Positions 60,351 to 64,000 of a stretch of 64,000 nucleotides of DNA are shown here, in pieces; positions within the stretch are counted from its first letter, which is position 1, and each line of letters starts with the position of its first letter. Source of the DNA: the human T2T-CHM13v2.0 reference genome, Homo sapiens; NCBI RefSeq assembly GCF_009914755.1, contig NC_060926.1. The stretch is one strand, 5' to 3'. Position numbers and translations under genes: made by a program. The notes under the pieces were generated by a model, which saw only the letters and a program-made list of their open reading frames with translations, was not told the DNA's origin and ran no database searches.

Positions 60351-63059
60351 CCTTTTTATAGCCCTTAGCCCAGTACTGTGTAAAATCAGGCACACAGTGA
60401 TTTGTTTCTATTTGGAATCTGTAATGAAAATATCAGAAGATTCAGTCATGTAGAAAACAAGAAAACCTCTCTATTTAACAGTATTTTTCTCCTGTTTATT
60501 ACATTTCCTTAGTGAAATATAGGTGGTGCGATAAAAATAATTATTATATCACATAAAGTGCAGCATCTAGCCCACCTTTACCGTACTTTAATCTTGAAAT
60601 TTCTTGCAGATCAGTCTGAATTTTATATTAAAGAAAATTCAGAAGATCAAGAACAAGTGACTTATTTAAACTGCAGAAATTGATTTCAAAGAAATGATAT
60701 TATAAATTTAGCAAGAAGTAAAGCATCAAATGACTTAACTGATTTACCTTAACTGATTAAAATATGCTCAGAGCATGACTTCTTAATATACGGGTCAAAT
60801 ATCATAGGGAGAGTTTTCAGTGTTCATGAGAAATATGACTAGAAATTAAAATCACCTTTTTCAAATTAAAAAAAATGCACGCTGCCACTGTAGCACAGGA
60901 GATGAGAGTCATCAGCCAGGTACAAGTGTTGTGAGCATCTGTTTATGGAGAGAGGGAGGATGTAGGGCAAAGGTTAATGATGTTCTTTGGGCCCAGGAAG
61001 AAACCTCATAACTGGATGGTGCCTTGATTTCTCTTTGTCTATCTCAGGTTTATTGCAAGCATCAATGAAAGGACAATTGGGAAGAAAGGCACAGAGCATT
61101 AATTAATCTAGAATGCAGATTAAGAAAACTCAGGAAAATATAGTCCAGTTTTGAGCATAGCTGGAATTGGGGGGTAGTTGTAAGATTTGCTTCAGTATTA
61201 TTATGGTGCTTTTAAAGTAGAAATCAGCAGATTTGAATTATTTCCACCTAATTGTGAAGAACCCCCTTTTGGGTTAAAGTGATTGAGTAAAAAGAGGTAG
61301 AAATGTGATGTGTTATGCAACAGTTGAATCCTAGAGCTGTTCAATGGTGTGACAAATGAATAAAGGAGTGGGGGAATTGGGCCACTGGCAATGGAAGCCC
61401 CCTGAGCAGCTACTTGTAGGGTGACTAGGACCCTGTCTTGGGACCCTGTCTTGAGACAGATACAAAGGATAGGGTAGGGTAAGTTGAAGGATGAATAATA
61501 GAACAGCAAATAAAGTGGAGTAGGAGAAGGACTTTTGGTCACAGAAGATTCAAATAGCCTTCAGGTTCCTCTTTCTCTTCCTGTTTTCTTTTCTTTTTTT
61601 TTTGACTGGCCCAGTGACTTTTGGAGTCACACACACTAGCACAGAACCTTTGCCATCTCCCAGACACTTGCAAACAGAAACAGTTGTATTTCCAACCTGC
61701 TTCCTGCACTTATCTAAACTTTGAAAGCTCTGTGTAGTATATGTCAGTATCATGATGCCAATTTGACAGATGAAGAGAGGGGCTCAGGGAGGCTAATGTG
61801 ACTTGCCCAAGGTCACTTAGTGATTTGTGTCAGAACAGGGACTGCCACCTCTGTCTCCTTCCCCTGCTGCTTTGTGAAGCCACATGCTGGTGGAATATGT
61901 GACCATTATGTACTATGTGTTAGTAGGATTGATACTGCCCTTCATAACCCCAGGATCCCAGCCAGAGTTTTTGACAGCTTTTGGTCAGGTGGAAAACTGG
62001 GAGGAAGATCTAAACAATTTGTTTGCCTTTCTCTTCGATTATTTTTGGGAGAGATTTTGTTGTGCTTCCCAAGGAGGCTATTTTCCATTATAAATGATGC
62101 TGCTTACAATAAGACTAAAAGCTTCATTAAGCTAAAAAAAAGAGGAAAAGGAAACAAAGTAGCTCACATATCAGTATTGCATGGAAGCAGTTCTGAAGAA
62201 TACATTAAAGATAATGAGTATTAGGCTACTTAAATTATTTACAAGACTTCAAAAATTATAATATGTTGTCTGGAAATAGAAGTTGGTTCTCTGCCACATT
62301 CTAGTCAGTTTCCTAGACTGTAGAATGATTGGGTATTTTCTCTGGGACCCCCACACTCAGGTCTAAAGGGGGTCCCTAAATGATTTTAGCTGAGGTAAAA
62401 TGAATGGGCTTCAGTAAAATCCCACGTACTTGTGTGGAGGGTCCAGCCTTGTCCCCTACCACACTTTCCCCTTTTCTCTTAGAAGTCATCAGCTCTGTAC
62501 CATTCTAAACTTACTCTGAGGATTGAAGGGCTCATACCTCCTGTAGGCAAAGATGAAGTCAAAAGAATGATTATTTAATGGCAGAGTTTTAGGCCGTGCT
62601 CTACCTAGATCTATAATTCAACCTAGGTATGAAGGATCATCGAGTTGCCATTCCTCTTCTGTATGATTTGCTTCAGAAATAATTTTCACACCTGTCACTC
62701 TTGTCTGGGTCAGAGAGTTGCAGCCAAGATCACATTTTAAAATCCTCCTGAAGAGTACAGTATAGAGGAAGAGGGCTAATCTGGGAGTCAGGAGACTTCC
62801 CTTGTCTCATTAACATTAGTAACTCACCACGTAGCTTTAAGGAAGTCTAGTCTTCTTTCTGGACATCAGTTTCTACATCTGTAAAATGAGTTTTATACCA
62901 TGTTGGAAAGGATTGTTGGATTAGATTAACTATTAGGTTCATTCCGTGGAGCTTTGGTATAGAAACATGGGACTTTATTAAGATATATTTCAAATGTACA
63001 GAATTGTGTCCTTGAGGATAATAAACAACCATTACCAATATTAAAATGTTGCCATCTTT

Positions 63060-64000
63060 GCATCTGATTTTAATGTAACAAAAACTTTTGCTTGAAGCTG
63101 GAGGATGCTGGGCACCCACATCTGATCTCATTGTACATCCTTCTTTCTTCCCTTTCTGAAGGTAATTACTATTTTAAATTTTGTGTTTAGTATGACTGTA
63201 CATGGGTTTCACAGTTTTCAAAATATGTATATATTCCTAAACAATACATAGGATTGTTTTTCATGTTTTCCAACTTTACGTAAATGACATTATATTGACA
63301 TACTATTCTGCAACTTGCTTTTTTGCTCAATATTCTTGCATGTATTATGATTTTTATTATTGTAGAGCTACTTCATTTCTTTTATAATGACTACTACGGT
63401 ATATGATATTTCATTGCACAAACATACACAATTTATACAGCCATTCTTTTACTGATATACATTTGCATTGTTTTTAATTTTTCACGATTCCAAACAATAC
63501 TGCAATAAACATTCTTCTGTAGCAGTCTCTCTTACTGCATGTATGTGAGTGTTCTCTACATATAAAGCTGGAGGTGGAAATTGAGTAATTGGTTGTGTAT
63601 ATCATCAGCTTTACCAGAGTTACATAATACTCGAAAGTAATCACTTAAAACTCTGACAAATAGTATGTAAGATTTCTGGTTTCTTTTCGTCATTGCAAAC
63701 ACTTGACATTGACTTGCTGCTTTTGCCAATCTGTTGTACTTAAAATTATTTCTAATTTTTGTAATTTATGTTTCCCAGAAGACTTAGAAATGAAGTTGAA
63801 ACTGTGGTTGAGCATTTTTCCATATTTTTATCGGTCTTTTGGCTTTCCTGTTCTATAAGAAATCTATTGGTATCCTCTACTATTTTCTTTACTGGATTGT
63901 TTGCATTTTTAATATTGCTTTGTATGGGTTCTTTATACATTGTGGATATATATTTCACAGTAGCATGTGTTGAATGCTTCTGCTAGTCTGTAGCTTTTTT
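63060..64000 (-). mobile_element. Old L1ME 3' fragment running off the window
   Basis: 'aggtaattactattttaaattttgtgttta', 'attctgcaacttgcttttttgctcaa', 'caaacaatactgcaataaacattct', 'ttgagcatttttccata'. Confidence 0.7.

Noticed and set aside
60610-60683. Possible terminal exon after 'ttcttgcag' reading (D)QSEFYIKENSEDQEQVTYLNCRN*
   Set aside because: Weak pyrimidine tract, no recognisable protein and no other support.

Overview
AT-rich, repeat-dense human intronic or intergenic DNA. The human call rests on an AluYb8-type insertion, a human-specific subfamily. I found no intact protein-coding gene, RNA gene or CpG-island promoter. Main contents: (1) a full-length ~6.16-kb L1PA3-type LINE-1 (minus strand, ~37964-44152) that retains the 129-bp ZNF93-target segment; (2) a 5'-truncated L1PA3-type copy (minus, ~16941-20419) carrying a nested, 5'-truncated AluYb8; (3) an old, highly diverged processed pseudogene of TPT1/TCTP (minus, ~27696-28426) with 5'UTR, CDS remnant, 3'UTR, poly(A) signal and tail; (4) a decayed ERV-L provirus (gag/RT/IN remnants, ~9400-15270); (5) many Alu, MaLR/ERV LTR, L2, MIR, old L1M and DNA-transposon fragments, several nested. 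The most unusual signal is that the two L1PA3 copies, 20.8 kb apart in direct orientation, share about ten non-consensus substitutions, nine of them in one 1.35-kb block. This suggests ectopic gene conversion or local templated copying. A strong in-frame 33-nt microexon candidate lies at 24866-24898. Repeat subfamily names come from remembered consensus sequences, and boundaries of old repeats are approximate.
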